NCBI GenBank assembly: GCA_963800645.1
Contig: CAWDBX010000011.1
Span: 64,831 to 128,830 of the forward strand
Direction: 5' to 3'
From: an uncultured Bacteroidales bacterium
GTDB taxonomy: Bacteria; Bacteroidota; Bacteroidia; Bacteroidales; UBA10428
DNA length: 64,000 nt
The notes beneath the pieces were generated by a model. The model saw nothing but the letters and a program-made list of their open reading frames with translations. It was not told the origin of the DNA and ran no database searches. Shown here one piece after another: positions 49,910 to 60,514 of this stretch (within the stretch, counting starts at the first letter, position 1; each line of letters starts with the position of its first letter). The translations under genes were made by a program, and so were the position numbers.

Positions 49910-50759
49910 CGGTTAAGAGACAGGGTATCACTCTGGCATTAAAAGAGGTAACTTTTGCAGAATCCAGTGTAATCCATACATCAATTGTTGAACCCATCGG
50001 AAGTGTCATGTTGGATCCCGGTTCAGGCTTCTGCTTAAATATAATGGCCTTTAATTCATCTTCCGCAGTGACAATGGTTTGATCCCGGACAGCAGCACCT
50101 ACGCTTAAGAACCTGTCGGAAGCCAATATCTTGGCTTCTTCCAGCAACAGTCCGACAAGGTTTGGAACGGCAGCCTGTTCATCACTCAATCCTTTTCCCA
50201 ACACCAGGTCCACATGTGCCCCCTTAACCACTGAATCGCCGGGCGACACTTCACGACCGCTCATTCTTTGGGCCAACACTATGTTGATGCCCATGTTTGG
50301 TTCATAAGTAATGCGGCCTACCTTTAGTCCGAATGACTCCAGTTTGGCACCGGCCTGACGGAAGGTAAGATCTACCAGATCAGGCATAGCTACCTTTTCC
50401 GGATTAACGGCATTCATGGTGAGAAAGATCTTACGGTTCTTTTTTACCTTAAAACCAGCCCGAGGGTGCTGTTCCACCACAGTGCCTTTTTCAGAATCGG
50501 CCAGAAAAACAGAATCAAATACCTCAATCCTGAGATCCCTTTTGTTGGCAACCACTTCAGCTTCTGTCAGCGACAGTCCTGCGAAATCAGGAACCGAGAG
50601 ATCCTGGTTATGGCGTGTATATATCTTCAGGATCTGCATAATAATGGCAGTGCCAAAAAGGAGGATCAGAAAAGCAAGCACTAAATTTCTCAGTACAATT
50701 CTTTCTTCAATATACCGTATCAGACTCCTGATGCGGGCAAAGATCTGGTCTTTGTTCAT
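49767..50759 (-). CDS. PASTA domain-containing membrane protein (3' end uncertain)
   Basis: N-terminal TM helix and repeated PASTA-like units (..VPDFAGLSLTEAE.., ..MPDLVDLTFRQA.., ..VPNLVGLLLEEAK..). The last roughly 48 codons overlap the next gene and may reflect a lost stop or a frameshift near 49940. Confidence 0.7.
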   Translation of the reverse strand: MNKDQIFARIRSLIRYIEERIVLRNLVLAFLILLFGTAIIMQILKIYTRHNQDLSVPDFAGLSLTEAEVVANKRDLRIEVFDSVFLADSEKGTVVEQHPRAGFKVKKNRKIFLTMNAVNPEKVAMPDLVDLTFRQAGAKLESFGLKVGRITYEPNMGINIVLAQRMSGREVSPGDSVVKGAHVDLVLGKGLSDEQAAVPNLVGLLLEEAKILASDRFLSVGAAVRDQTIVTAEDELKAIIFKQKPEPGSNMTLPMGSTIDVWITLDSAKVTSFNARVIPCLLTDEPLPIHMLSSAFTRRFKAYRSKSAGTYGKPGDKKIPAGPSLYVKVS

Positions 50760-50833
50760 GATGACGATGAATATGAATTAACGGACAGACAAAGATAAAA
50801 TTATCCGCAATATTTGACTTTGGTAAAATGTTT

Positions 50834-52126
50834 TTATAGGAGATGCTTGATCAGGAAAAACACAGCCAGCATATACATCACTATGGATATTTCTTTCCAT
50901 TTGCCCGTGAATACCTTGATCAGAACATAACTCAGCATGCCAAACGCAATGCCTTCGGATATGCTATAAGCCAGCGGCATAATGATAATGGTCAGAAAGA
51001 CCGGCAAGGATTCGGAATAATCTTCCAGATTGATTTTCTGTATGGGACTTATCATGAAAAGTCCAACAAGTACAAGGGCCGGAGCAGTAGCCGCACTGGG
51101 GACCATGAGAAACAAAGGGGAAAAGAAAAGGGCCACAAGAAAAAGGACCCCAACCACCAGGGAAGTAAGACCGGTTTTTCCCCCTTCGGAAACACCCGCC
51201 GCACTTTCGATATAGGAAGTCACGGTGCTGGTCCCCAGCATGGCACCGGCTGTAGTGCCAACGGCATCTGCAAACAAGGCCTGCCTTACACGGGGAATAT
51301 TGCCCTGACTGTCGAGGAGGTTTGCCTTGGAACAAACACCTACGAGAGTGCCCACTGTATCAAATATGTCCACAAACAAAAAGGTAAATACAACGGCAAG
51401 CATATCGGCTGTGAATATTTTGCTGAAATCGAATTTAAAAAAAACGGGCGTGAGTGACGGGGGAAGACTGATGAGGCCATCTGAGGGCAACTGGGTAATC
51501 CCTAATGGAATACCTACAAGAGCCGTGATCACAATGCCCGTCACCAGGGCGCCTTTTAAACGGAATACCAGCAGGATCCCGGTAATGATTATCCCCATGA
51601 GTGCCAGCAGCGCTGCGGGATCAGATAAATCACCCAAAGATACCAGTGTGGCCTCATTTCTGACGACTATCCCGGCATTGCTGAAGCCGATGAGTGCAAT
51701 ATAGAGCCCTATCCCAACCGAAATGGCATGTTTCAGGTTCATGGGTATGCTGTTGATAATGGCCTCCCTTACCTTAAAAAAGGTCAGCAGGATAAAGATT
51801 ATGCCTTCGATGAAAACGGCCGTAAGAGCAATTTCCCAGCTATATCCCATCTGCATTACCACGGTATAGGCGAAAAAGGCATTTAATCCCATTCCGGGAG
51901 CGAGTGCGATTGGCAGGTTGGCATATAGGGCCATAACAGCAATGGCAATAAAAGAAGAAATAGCCGTGGCAGTAAATACTGCATCCCGGTCCATTCCGGC
52001 ATTGCTTAAAATGAGGGGATTCACGGCCAGAATGTAGGCCATGGTCATAAATGTGGTAATGCCGGCAATTACTTCGGTTCTGGTATCCGTTCCGTTCTGT
52101 TTTAACCGAAAGATTTTTTCAAGCAT
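50834..52126 (-). CDS. NCS2 family purine (adenine/guanine/hypoxanthine-type) permease
   Basis: 430-aa polytopic ORF. The N-terminus ..FRLKQNGTDTRTEVIAGITTFMTMAYILAVNP.. is typical of the AzgA/PbuG group. Confidence 0.85.
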   Translation of the reverse strand: MLEKIFRLKQNGTDTRTEVIAGITTFMTMAYILAVNPLILSNAGMDRDAVFTATAISSFIAIAVMALYANLPIALAPGMGLNAFFAYTVVMQMGYSWEIALTAVFIEGIIFILLTFFKVREAIINSIPMNLKHAISVGIGLYIALIGFSNAGIVVRNEATLVSLGDLSDPAALLALMGIIITGILLVFRLKGALVTGIVITALVGIPLGITQLPSDGLISLPPSLTPVFFKFDFSKIFTADMLAVVFTFLFVDIFDTVGTLVGVCSKANLLDSQGNIPRVRQALFADAVGTTAGAMLGTSTVTSYIESAAGVSEGGKTGLTSLVVGVLFLVALFFSPLFLMVPSAATAPALVLVGLFMISPIQKINLEDYSESLPVFLTIIIMPLAYSISEGIAFGMLSYVLIKVFTGKWKEISIVMYMLAVFFLIKHLL

Positions 52127-52154
52127 ATTGTCTGGATTTTAGCGTATGGAATCA

Positions 52155-53279
52155 TCATGACTGCTGAATCAATGCCATCAGCTGATCAAAACTTCTGTTG
52201 AGGTTGTACTTTTCCCTGACCAACTGATTTCCGGCTTCTCCAAATTTCTTCCGCAAACTTGCATCGCTTATCAACCGTGCTACTTTTTCGGCAAGATCCC
52301 TGCTGTCCCCGTTTTTTACCAGAAATCCATTTACCTGATCCTTCACCATTTCCGGTATGGAAGAATTATTGAAAGCTACCACAGGCAATCCCTGCGCCAT
52401 GGCTTCGAGGATGACATTGGAACATCCTTCCCAGGAGGAGGTCAATACGAAAAGATCAAGGGAAGCGTAAAATTCCTCCATGTTTTCTACAAAGCCTATG
52501 AAACGAATATGTTCAGCAAGATCCAGTGCCCGGCTTTTTCTGATCAGGGATTCCCTTAAGGGTCCTTCCCCGGCAATATGCAGGGAAAAATCAAGTCCCT
52601 TATCTTTTAACAGCCCGGCCATATTGATGAGCCATTCCTGTCCTTTTTCCTGTGATAACCGGCCTGCAGTGCCAATGATCACACGCTTCCGCTCAGTATT
52701 CTTTTCCTGCCAGGAGTGGGCCTTCTGCGGGAATGTCCCGTTAATGCCGTTGTAGATGATGGTAATCTTCTGATCATTTACCAGCGTCGGATTATTCCGG
52801 AGAATGTTCCTTTTTATCAGATCGGAATTGGCGATGACGTGTGTAAGTATGTAACGGAAAAGTAACTTGTTCATCAGGCTATTACGCACAGGTACAGGTG
52901 ATCCCCGGCGATAAATGATTTTTTTTACGCCGGCCAGCCTGGCAGCTATTCCTGCAAATTTCACATCTGAAGGAAGGTTAAGAATGATGATCTGAACCTT
53001 CAATTTCCTGAAGCTCATGGCGAGTCTGATAACCTTTAACGGGTTAAGGAAACTCATGTTGGATACTCTCATCCCATAAGCGGGAATGCCGGCTTTCTGT
53101 GTGCGACGGATCAGCTCACTGCCGGACTGTGCGAACAGCGTTACATCGAAATGATGTTCTTTCAGCATGAGCGCCGCGCCGATATGCCATTTCTCACCAC
53201 CTCCCCATTCCCTGTTGCTGTTAAAAAAGCAAATGGAGTTGAATTGTGTCATGCTATCCGAAGGTTTAACGCTCATCAA
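52155..53279 (-). CDS. glycosyltransferase family 4 (GT-B)
   Basis: The C-terminal ..LTSSWEGCSNVILEAMAQGLPVVAF.. is an EX7E-type motif. Confidence 0.8.
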   Translation of the reverse strand: MMSVKPSDSMTQFNSICFFNSNREWGGGEKWHIGAALMLKEHHFDVTLFAQSGSELIRRTQKAGIPAYGMRVSNMSFLNPLKVIRLAMSFRKLKVQIIILNLPSDVKFAGIAARLAGVKKIIYRRGSPVPVRNSLMNKLLFRYILTHVIANSDLIKRNILRNNPTLVNDQKITIIYNGINGTFPQKAHSWQEKNTERKRVIIGTAGRLSQEKGQEWLINMAGLLKDKGLDFSLHIAGEGPLRESLIRKSRALDLAEHIRFIGFVENMEEFYASLDLFVLTSSWEGCSNVILEAMAQGLPVVAFNNSSIPEMVKDQVNGFLVKNGDSRDLAEKVARLISDASLRKKFGEAGNQLVREKYNLNRSFDQLMALIQQS

Positions 53280-53316
53280 CAGGCTTATTATTTATTGCGG
53301 ATGATATTTTCATGGT

Positions 53317-54141
53317 TCAGGATTTCACTATGCCAAATGGCGTGTAGGGGGTACCCCGTTGCTTGTTATCATTGAAAATGCTGTAGTTTGCATCGCTGAA
53401 TTTGAGCCGGGGATGAAAATAATGGTATTGTATGGCCAGATGCTTCAGATGCCTGAACCGGCAACCTTTTAGCCTGAGCCTGTATTCCAGATCGGTATCT
53501 TCCCCGACATAGGGTGACAGGTAACGCTCATCAAAACCATTTATGGCCAGCAGATCTTCTTTGTGCAGCGAAAAATTGGAACCCAGCAATCCCCTTGTTT
53601 TTTTGTTGATTCTTTTTCTTATCCACTTCCATTTGAAATATACAGCATTCTCAATAAATTGTCCGTTCCCCATAAGTCGATCAAAAATCATCCAGGGAAG
53701 TAATCTTTTTTCCAGAATGCCTTGTTTGACTTTTTCAGTTGTGAGGTATTCGCTTATTCTCCGGCTAAGCAGCACCCTGCGGCCTGTAAGTACAAAATTT
53801 CTTTCTTTTGCCAGAACATGTTCCCGGATGAAGTGCCGGTGAGGAATACAATCACCATCAATAAAAATGATGTAATCTGAACCGGCATCAACAATAGCCT
53901 TATTTAAAATGATGTTTTTTTGCCAACCCTGGTCACTGTGCCAAACATGCCTGATGCGCAAGGGAGAACCGGAGATAATTTTCTGCAATTCATTTACCAC
54001 AGATGTTTCAGAACCATCATCCGCAATAAGTATTTCAAAATTTCTAAAGGACTGACGCTCAAAACCTGCCAATACCAGTTTCAGTATTTGAATTTTATTG
54101 TAAAATGAAATAATAACGGTAGCTTCGGTTTTCATAAGCAA
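53317..54141 (-). CDS. glycosyltransferase family 2
   Basis: ..VIISFYNKIQILKLVLAGFERQSFRNFEILIADDGS.. and ..FIDGDCIP.. (DxD). Confidence 0.85.
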   Translation of the reverse strand: MLMKTEATVIISFYNKIQILKLVLAGFERQSFRNFEILIADDGSETSVVNELQKIISGSPLRIRHVWHSDQGWQKNIILNKAIVDAGSDYIIFIDGDCIPHRHFIREHVLAKERNFVLTGRRVLLSRRISEYLTTEKVKQGILEKRLLPWMIFDRLMGNGQFIENAVYFKWKWIRKRINKKTRGLLGSNFSLHKEDLLAINGFDERYLSPYVGEDTDLEYRLRLKGCRFRHLKHLAIQYHYFHPRLKFSDANYSIFNDNKQRGTPYTPFGIVKS

Positions 54142-54147
54142 GTAAAC

Positions 54148-55263
54148 TTATATTTCACTATTTGCCAGGCTATTGAGTAATACTTCAACCCTTTTCTGCG
54201 TACTTCCGATCTCAAAAAAGTTTTCAACTCTTTTCCTTCCGGCATTTCCAAATTCTTTACAAAGTGTGAGCTCTTTACCCAGGTATTCCACTTTTTGTGT
54301 GAAGGCAGAAATGTCAAGGGGATCCACAAGAAAACCGGTTTCGTTATCGGCGATGATTTCGGGATTGCTGCTGATGTTGAAAGCCACAACAGGCTTTTTG
54401 CAGGCCATTGCCTCCACCAGTACATAACCAAAGCCTTCCCAGATGGAGGGGAGTACAAAAATATCAATGCTGGCCATAAAAGCTTTTACATTATTCACGA
54501 AACCAAGGAATACTATGCGATCATCAACGCCAGCGCTGGCAGCCATTTGTTTTAGTGACGTTTCAAGGGGTCCGTCTCCTGCAATCAGCAATTTAAAATC
54601 AATGCCCTTAATTTTCAACTGATAGGCCATGTCGATCAGGTATTTCTGACCTTTTTGGAACACGAGCCTGCCGGCATTCCCGATAATGATTTCATTCTTC
54701 TCGCGCTGGTAAAGTGGCTGACCGGGCATTGCATCAAGCAGTCCGAGATCGATGCCGTTATAGATGACGGTTATTTTCTTCGGAGGAAACAAATTGCTGT
54801 TGTATTGCAGGATGGTACGCCTGGTTTCTTCTGAATTGGCAATGATATGGGTGATAATATTTTTATACAGCAATCGGTTAATCAACGTATTGCGGATGGG
54901 TATTGCGCTTCCCCTTCTGTAGACAATATTTCTGATCCCGGCCAGTTTTGCAGCAATCCCGGCAGTTTTGATATCAGATGAAAAATTAAGGATCACCACA
55001 TCGGGGTTTTCTTTCCGGAAGAACCTCGCCAGCGTGATCAGACGAAAAGGATTGATAAAGCTGATATTCGAGATGGAAACACGGACAGTCCTGATTCCCG
55101 AGGCCAGGGATCTTTTATAGAGATCTTTATTATGTTTGGCCAGAACAGCCACTTCATGTCCTGAGTCCCTTAAGGCACAGGCCGTTTCCAGATGCCATTT
55201 TTCGCCTCCGCCCCAGGTTTTTGTGCTGTTTACTAAAAATACTTTCATCGTGCAGTTTATCAC
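54148..55263 (-). CDS. glycosyltransferase family 4 (GT-B)
   Basis: ..LPSIWEGFGYVLVEAMACKKPVVAF.. motif. It is a paralog-like partner of the 52155-53279 gene. Confidence 0.8.
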   Translation of the reverse strand: MINCTMKVFLVNSTKTWGGGEKWHLETACALRDSGHEVAVLAKHNKDLYKRSLASGIRTVRVSISNISFINPFRLITLARFFRKENPDVVILNFSSDIKTAGIAAKLAGIRNIVYRRGSAIPIRNTLINRLLYKNIITHIIANSEETRRTILQYNSNLFPPKKITVIYNGIDLGLLDAMPGQPLYQREKNEIIIGNAGRLVFQKGQKYLIDMAYQLKIKGIDFKLLIAGDGPLETSLKQMAASAGVDDRIVFLGFVNNVKAFMASIDIFVLPSIWEGFGYVLVEAMACKKPVVAFNISSNPEIIADNETGFLVDPLDISAFTQKVEYLGKELTLCKEFGNAGRKRVENFFEIGSTQKRVEVLLNSLANSEI

Positions 55264-55286
55264 AGGATCAGCATGAAGGATTGTAT

Positions 55287-57784
55287 CTATTCATGAATAT
55301 ATACCCGCTTAACACGTTCCGAGATCCCTGTAAGAACTTCATAGGGTATTGTCCCCAGAGTAGCTGGCCAGGGTGGCAATCGACGGATTTTCTCCGAAAA
55401 TCACAACTTCATCTCCTTCGCTGGCTCCGATTTCCGGTAACATCAATCATGGTCATGTCCATGCATATATTTCCCACAATGGGAGCAAATTTGCCCCTGA
55501 CCAGAAATAGGCCTGTGCCATTACTCATCCGGCGATTCAGTCCATCGGCATACCCAACGGGAACAATGGCAATTAAAGAAGGTTTCTCAGGTCTGCCCCT
55601 TCGTCCATATCCAACCGTTCCCCCGGCACACACGGTCTTAATTTGAAGAATAGTACTTTTAAGTGTACTCACATTGCGAAGTTTGCGCTGAATCAACACT
55701 ACTGATACCATAAAGTCCAATGCCCAGCCTTACCATGTTGAATTGTGCTTCAGGAAACCGTTCAATGCCTGAGGTGTTCAGAATATGCCTGATAACAGGA
55801 TAATCCCAGAGTGCCGGTGATAGTCATCCGAAATCTGTTTGAACAAAGTCAATCTGAGTACGCGTAAAATCATCGAAATTCTTCTTCATCACTTCCTGCC
55901 AAGATGTGAAAATACCGAGCAGACGCTAATATTTTTCAACCGGGTGAGTTCCTGGCATAATGTTTCCGTCTCGCTGGCTAGAAAACCCAGACGATTCATT
56001 CCGGTATCGAGTTTAATATGCACAGGATAATCGATTTCCTGGTTTCGGTTCACTGCTTTTTGAAACAAATCCAGCATACCTGAAACTGTAAATTTCCGGT
56101 TCCAGCCTGTGATGGATTATACTATCAAAGGAATCCGTCTCGGGATTCATAACCATGATGGGTAATGTAATGCCAGCCTGCCGAAGGCTAACACCTTCAT
56201 CGGCAATGGCTACGCCAAGGTAATCAACTCGCTGAAATTGCAAATGCCTGCTATCTCATGCCGACCGCTTCCATATGAAAGCGCTTTGACCATGACCATC
56301 GTTTTTGTATCCGGCATGTAGTAATGATCTGAAATAATTTAGAGTTATGAACCAGGGCATTTACATTAATCTCGATTCTTGTGGTATGCTTCTTTCTGTT
56401 CAAGCAAGGCGGCTATCTTTTCAAATTCAAACTGTCGCGATCCTTTGAGCAATATGGCCTCATTCCTGAATGCATGCGGGATTAAAATGGTCGATAAATG
56501 CCTGGGTGGTTTCGTAAAAATCTCCAGGTATGGTAAAAAATCCGGCATTTTTACTGATGATTTTCACCAATGCCAATAATGCGGGTTAATTCCTTTTCCA
56601 TTTCACCAGCGTGGCCACCATACGGTATAATTCGTGTTGCTTTTTGCCGCTTTGCAGAATATCTGAAAGGATAAGTGTTTTCCGGTCATGCTGCAACTGC
56701 CGGTTGAGAACGTCCAGTGCAATGGACAGGGAATTGATATCAGAATTATAACTGTCATTGATCAAGGGTACAGTCATGAATGGCACTTTTCTGTTCCAGT
56801 CGCATGGCTACCGGGGACAGCCCGCTCATCTTGGCAACAATTGTTCGGCTATCGGTTTCAAGCAGCAACATCATAAGCCAGACAATGCATGGCATTTTCC
56901 ACCGAGGCATCATCGGTGAAAGGGATGGAGATATCGAGTGTGCAAATTTTTATAGTTAGGCTTTAAAAGTTGTTTTGCCTTCCTGTATCCGTGATTCCGG
57001 CAATCTGAACATCACGCTTTTGCCGTGGAAGACCAGCTGAACAACTTTACACCTGCCAGTTCAGGTGTTTTTTCAATGGCATCTCTGATAATGGCTGAGT
57101 GGTCATAGCAATACATCAATGTATGGCAGTTGTAGAATAAGCCGGAGTTTTTCCGTGATTTTTTGACCGATGTCTTTCAAAGTTTTCCTGATGAGCTTCT
57201 CCGATATTGGTGAAAATTCCGATGTAAGGATTGGATCATTTGTTGCAGTTTCATCATTTCGCCCGGCAGAGAAATTCCGGCTTCAAATATACCCATGGTC
57301 GGTATTTTCATCCATCAGCCAGAGCGATAAAGGAACACCAACCTGGGAATTATAGCTTTTCGGACTGCGGGTGATGGTGAAATTTTCAGACAGACAATGA
57401 TAAAGCCATTCTTTAACAATGGTTTTCCCATTACTTCCGGAAATGGCGACCACCGGACAGGAAAATTTACTCGCGATGATAAATGGCCAATTCCTGCAAG
57501 GCTGAAGGGTATCAGTACACCACAATAAATCCCGCGCCGGTCATAGAGTCGTTGAACTGTTCAGGCATTTCAGCGACCACAAATGCCCTGACACCTCTCT
57601 GGTAAATTCTGTAATATACCGGTGACCTTCATGCTGCCTGCCTTAAATGGCAAAAAACAGCGATATGATGTTACTGTAGCTGACCGGCTGTCAATCAATA
57701 ACTGGCTTATAGTAATGATCGGTTATTCCCTTCCTGTCTTCCTCCGGTGATTTCGGCAATTTTACTGAGTGAATAAATTGCCAT
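55287..57784 (-). pseudogene. bifunctional MurF (UDP-MurNAc-tripeptide:D-Ala-D-Ala ligase) / alanine racemase, very heavily frameshifted
   Basis: MurF pieces: MAIYSLSKIAEITGG.., ..VVAISGSNGKTIVKEW.., ..LINDSYNSDINSL.., ..LKGSRQFEFEKI... Alr pieces: ..DYLGVAIADEGVSLRQAGITLPIMV.., ..GGTVGYGR...VPVGYADG...GNICMDMTMIDVT... No fragment exceeds about 100 codons. Confidence 0.8.
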
Positions 57785-57875
57785 TTAGCGAAATGATTTG
57801 CGGCAGTGTTATACATTTGCAAACTAGCAAAGCACTTCAATCCAATACAAATATAAAAGCAATTAATTAGAAAAC

Positions 57876-58575
57876 TTGAAAACATACAAACACCTTTTCT
57901 TTGATCTCGACAATACCTTATGGGATTTTAAGGCAAATGCCCGGGAGGCATTTTATGATATATTATGAACGCTGGGATTATTTGAAAGAATACCTGATCT
58001 TGACAGATTCCTTTCGAAGTATATGAAAAGCATAACGAACATTTGTGGACGGAATACCGCAAAGGGAAAGTGAAAAAGGATCATATGCGGAGTGAGCGCA
58101 ATGATCGTAAACATTCAGCGGAGATGGGTATTGATGATCCGGATATTGACCAGATCTGGTGGGAGATCTTTATGTTCAGGAGAGCTCCGCAAAAGACAAA
58201 TCTTTTTCCGTTTGTTCATGAAACCCTGCAATATTTGAATGGCAATTATAAATTGTATATTCTAACCAACGGCTTTGCGGAGATACAGGTGCAAAAGATC
58301 AACAATTGTGGCTTGCAGGCTGTATTTCTCAAAATTGTTTATGGCTGAAATGGTGGGCTATCAGAAACCCGACAGGAGATTTTTTGAATATGCAATAAAA
58401 TCAGTACATGCTCATAAGAACGAATGCCTGATGATAGGAGACGATCCTGATGCAGATATCAGGGGAGGATAATGCCGGAATAGATCAGGTTTTTTATAAT
58501 ACGGGTAATAAAGCCTGCACTATTAAACCTACCTGGGAGATAGATTCAATAGCATCGCTCAGGAAAATATTGTAA
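57876..58575 (+). pseudogene. HAD-family hydrolase (YjjG-like nucleotidase), frameshifted; TTG start
   Basis: (M)KTYKHLFFDLDNTLWDF (DxDxT), ..LYILTNGFAEIQ.., ..MIGDDPDADIRGG.. and ..NAGIDQVFYN.. lie in different frames. Confidence 0.7.
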
Positions 58576-59562
58576 TTATTTTTTTTGCTGACTTTCAGAT
58601 TTGGCAATGGCATCGCGCATCTGGGTGTCGGCATCAATATTCTTAAGCTTGTAATAATCCATTATTCCCAGATTCCCTGAGCGGAAAGCTTCAGCCATGG
58701 CCAAGGGGTATCTGAACTTCAGCCTCAATTACCTTGGCGCGGGCTTCCTGTGCCTTTGGCTTTCATCTCCTGCTCAACAGCCACCGCCATGGCTCTTTTT
58801 TCTTCGGCTTTGGCCTGGGCAATATTCTTGTCGGCATTGGCCTGATCCATTTGCAGTACGGCACCTATGTTTTTACCAATATCAATATCAGCAATATCAA
58901 TGGAAAGAATTTCAAAAGCAGTACCGGCATCAAGGCCTTTGTCCAATACCACTTTGGAAATATTATCGGGATTTTCCATTACACTCTTTGTGCGAAGCTG
59001 CAGAACCAATTGAAGAAACAATTCCTTCGCCAACGCGGGCCAGAACAGTTTCCTCACCGGCACCGCCAACAAGCTGACGAATATTGGCCCTAACTGTAAC
59101 ACGGGCTTTGCAGATCAGCTGAATACCGTCTTTGGCAACTGCTGTTACCGGCGGAGTATTAATAACCTTCGGATTAACCGACATCTGAACAGCCTCAAAC
59201 ACATTTCTTCCAGCAAGATCAATGGCTGTGGCAGCTTTGAAATCGAGAGGAATGTTGGCTTTGTCGGCAGAGATGAGTGCATTCACTACCTGTTTTACAT
59301 TTCCCCCGGCCAGATAATGGGCCTCCAGTTCATCGGCGTTCAGTTTCAAGCCGGCTTTGGTGGCGCTCACAAGGTTGTTGAGGATAATGGACGGAGGAAC
59401 TTTCCGGATACGCATACCGATGAGTTGCCAGATGGGCACATAAACCCTGGCAAAAACGGCACTGAACCACAATCCAAGCGGTACAAAATAAAAAAACAAC
59501 CAGATAAAAATAATGATTGCTACTGCAACAACCAAATAAATTCCAATTCCAGTTTCGACCAT
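58576..59562 (-). pseudogene. floA: flotillin-like protein FloA, frameshifted
   Basis: ..[34 protein letters not shown].. and ..[19 protein letters not shown]... The later fragments are ..[19 protein letters not shown].. and ..[13 protein letters not shown]... Confidence 0.8.
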
Positions 59563-59568
59563 GATAAA

Positions 59569-60038
59569 TTAATTTTTAGGTTTAACAATAATTTGTGTAC
59601 TCAATACTTTAATTACTTCAATATCCGTATTTTCATTGATAAATCCGCCAGTTGATTTGGCTTCACAGATGATATCGTTAACCATGGCTTTGCCAATAGG
59701 TGCAAGCCGTGTTATGGTTTTGCCAACATCACCCGGATGGATGTTTTCGGTATCAAAAGGTTCGTTCCGGCTTGCAATGTTGGTCTGTAACCCCATTTTC
59801 TTCCAGGTTTTTCTGCTTAAAGACAAAATAAATGGTGGCGAGCGAAATGCACTACGGTGCCAATAAGCGTGAAATTGCCAGTTTGAATGCCATGAAAATA
59901 ATAGGAAGATCCAATGCCCAATAAGATAAAAAGAAATCCACCAATACCAAAAACGGTAAAGCCGGGGATGATAAGAAATTCAACCAGAAGCAAAAAAATT
60001 CCCAGAAGAATGATGATGATGATGGCCAATAATGACAT
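59569..60038 (-). pseudogene. NfeD family membrane protein, frameshifted near 59820
   Basis: N-terminal TM helices (MSLLAIIIIILLGIFLLLVEFLIIPG..). The C-terminal OB-like ..GDVGKTITRLAPIGKAMVNDIICEAKS.. is in another frame. The gene sits directly upstream of floA. Confidence 0.75.
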
Positions 60039-60062
60039 GGATGTATGTAATTAGGTTTTGAG

Positions 60063-60350
60063 ATTAGTCAATGGTGGCGTTTAAGCCGCGTTCAATCAAA
60101 CCTTCCCTGAAAGGCTTTAAAATGCACGAAGGTACCTTTTTTAACATCACATTTCCTTTATAATGAACCAAGAAAGTGCACTGTTCAGCCTGCGTGGCAT
60201 CCATATCACAAACTTCAATCAAGTGTCGATAACATAATCAAAGCTATGCACATCATCGTTATGCAGGATAAGAAAACGTCCCTCTGATTTGCCCTGGTCC
60301 ACAAGTTCCTCAAAATCCGGTTTATTGTTTGTATACTCCTTTGGTTTCAT
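60063..60350 (-). pseudogene. clpS: ATP-dependent Clp protease adaptor ClpS, frameshifted
   Basis: MKPKEYTNNKPDFEELVDQGKSEGRFLILHNDDVHSFDYVIDT / LIEVCDMDATQAEQCTFLVHYKGNVMLKKGTF.. / ..REGLIERGLNATID*. Confidence 0.75.
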
Positions 60351-60514
60351 AGTCTGTTGTTCCGTAAAAATCCCGGTTTTATCCCCTGATACCTGCATCC
60401 AAAATTACGAAAATATAATTCCAATTCTTATGTCTTCCTGCTAAAATTAGCGTTAAATGCTGTTAACCATAAGACCTTCTGCACCCATAAAACCCTCTGA
60501 ACCTATTACAACGC

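Noticed and set aside
52127-52154. Possible purine riboswitch upstream of the NCS2 purine permease.
   Set aside because: The upstream spacer is only 28 nt, and the gene appears co-transcribed with the preceding glycosyltransferase gene.
57691-57885. 64-aa minus-strand ORF (MFSSFLINCFYICIGLKCF..) between murF-alr and the HAD gene.
   Set aside because: It overlaps the murF N-terminal region in another frame and the HAD start. Its composition is low-complexity and hydrophobic with no motif, so it is probably spurious.
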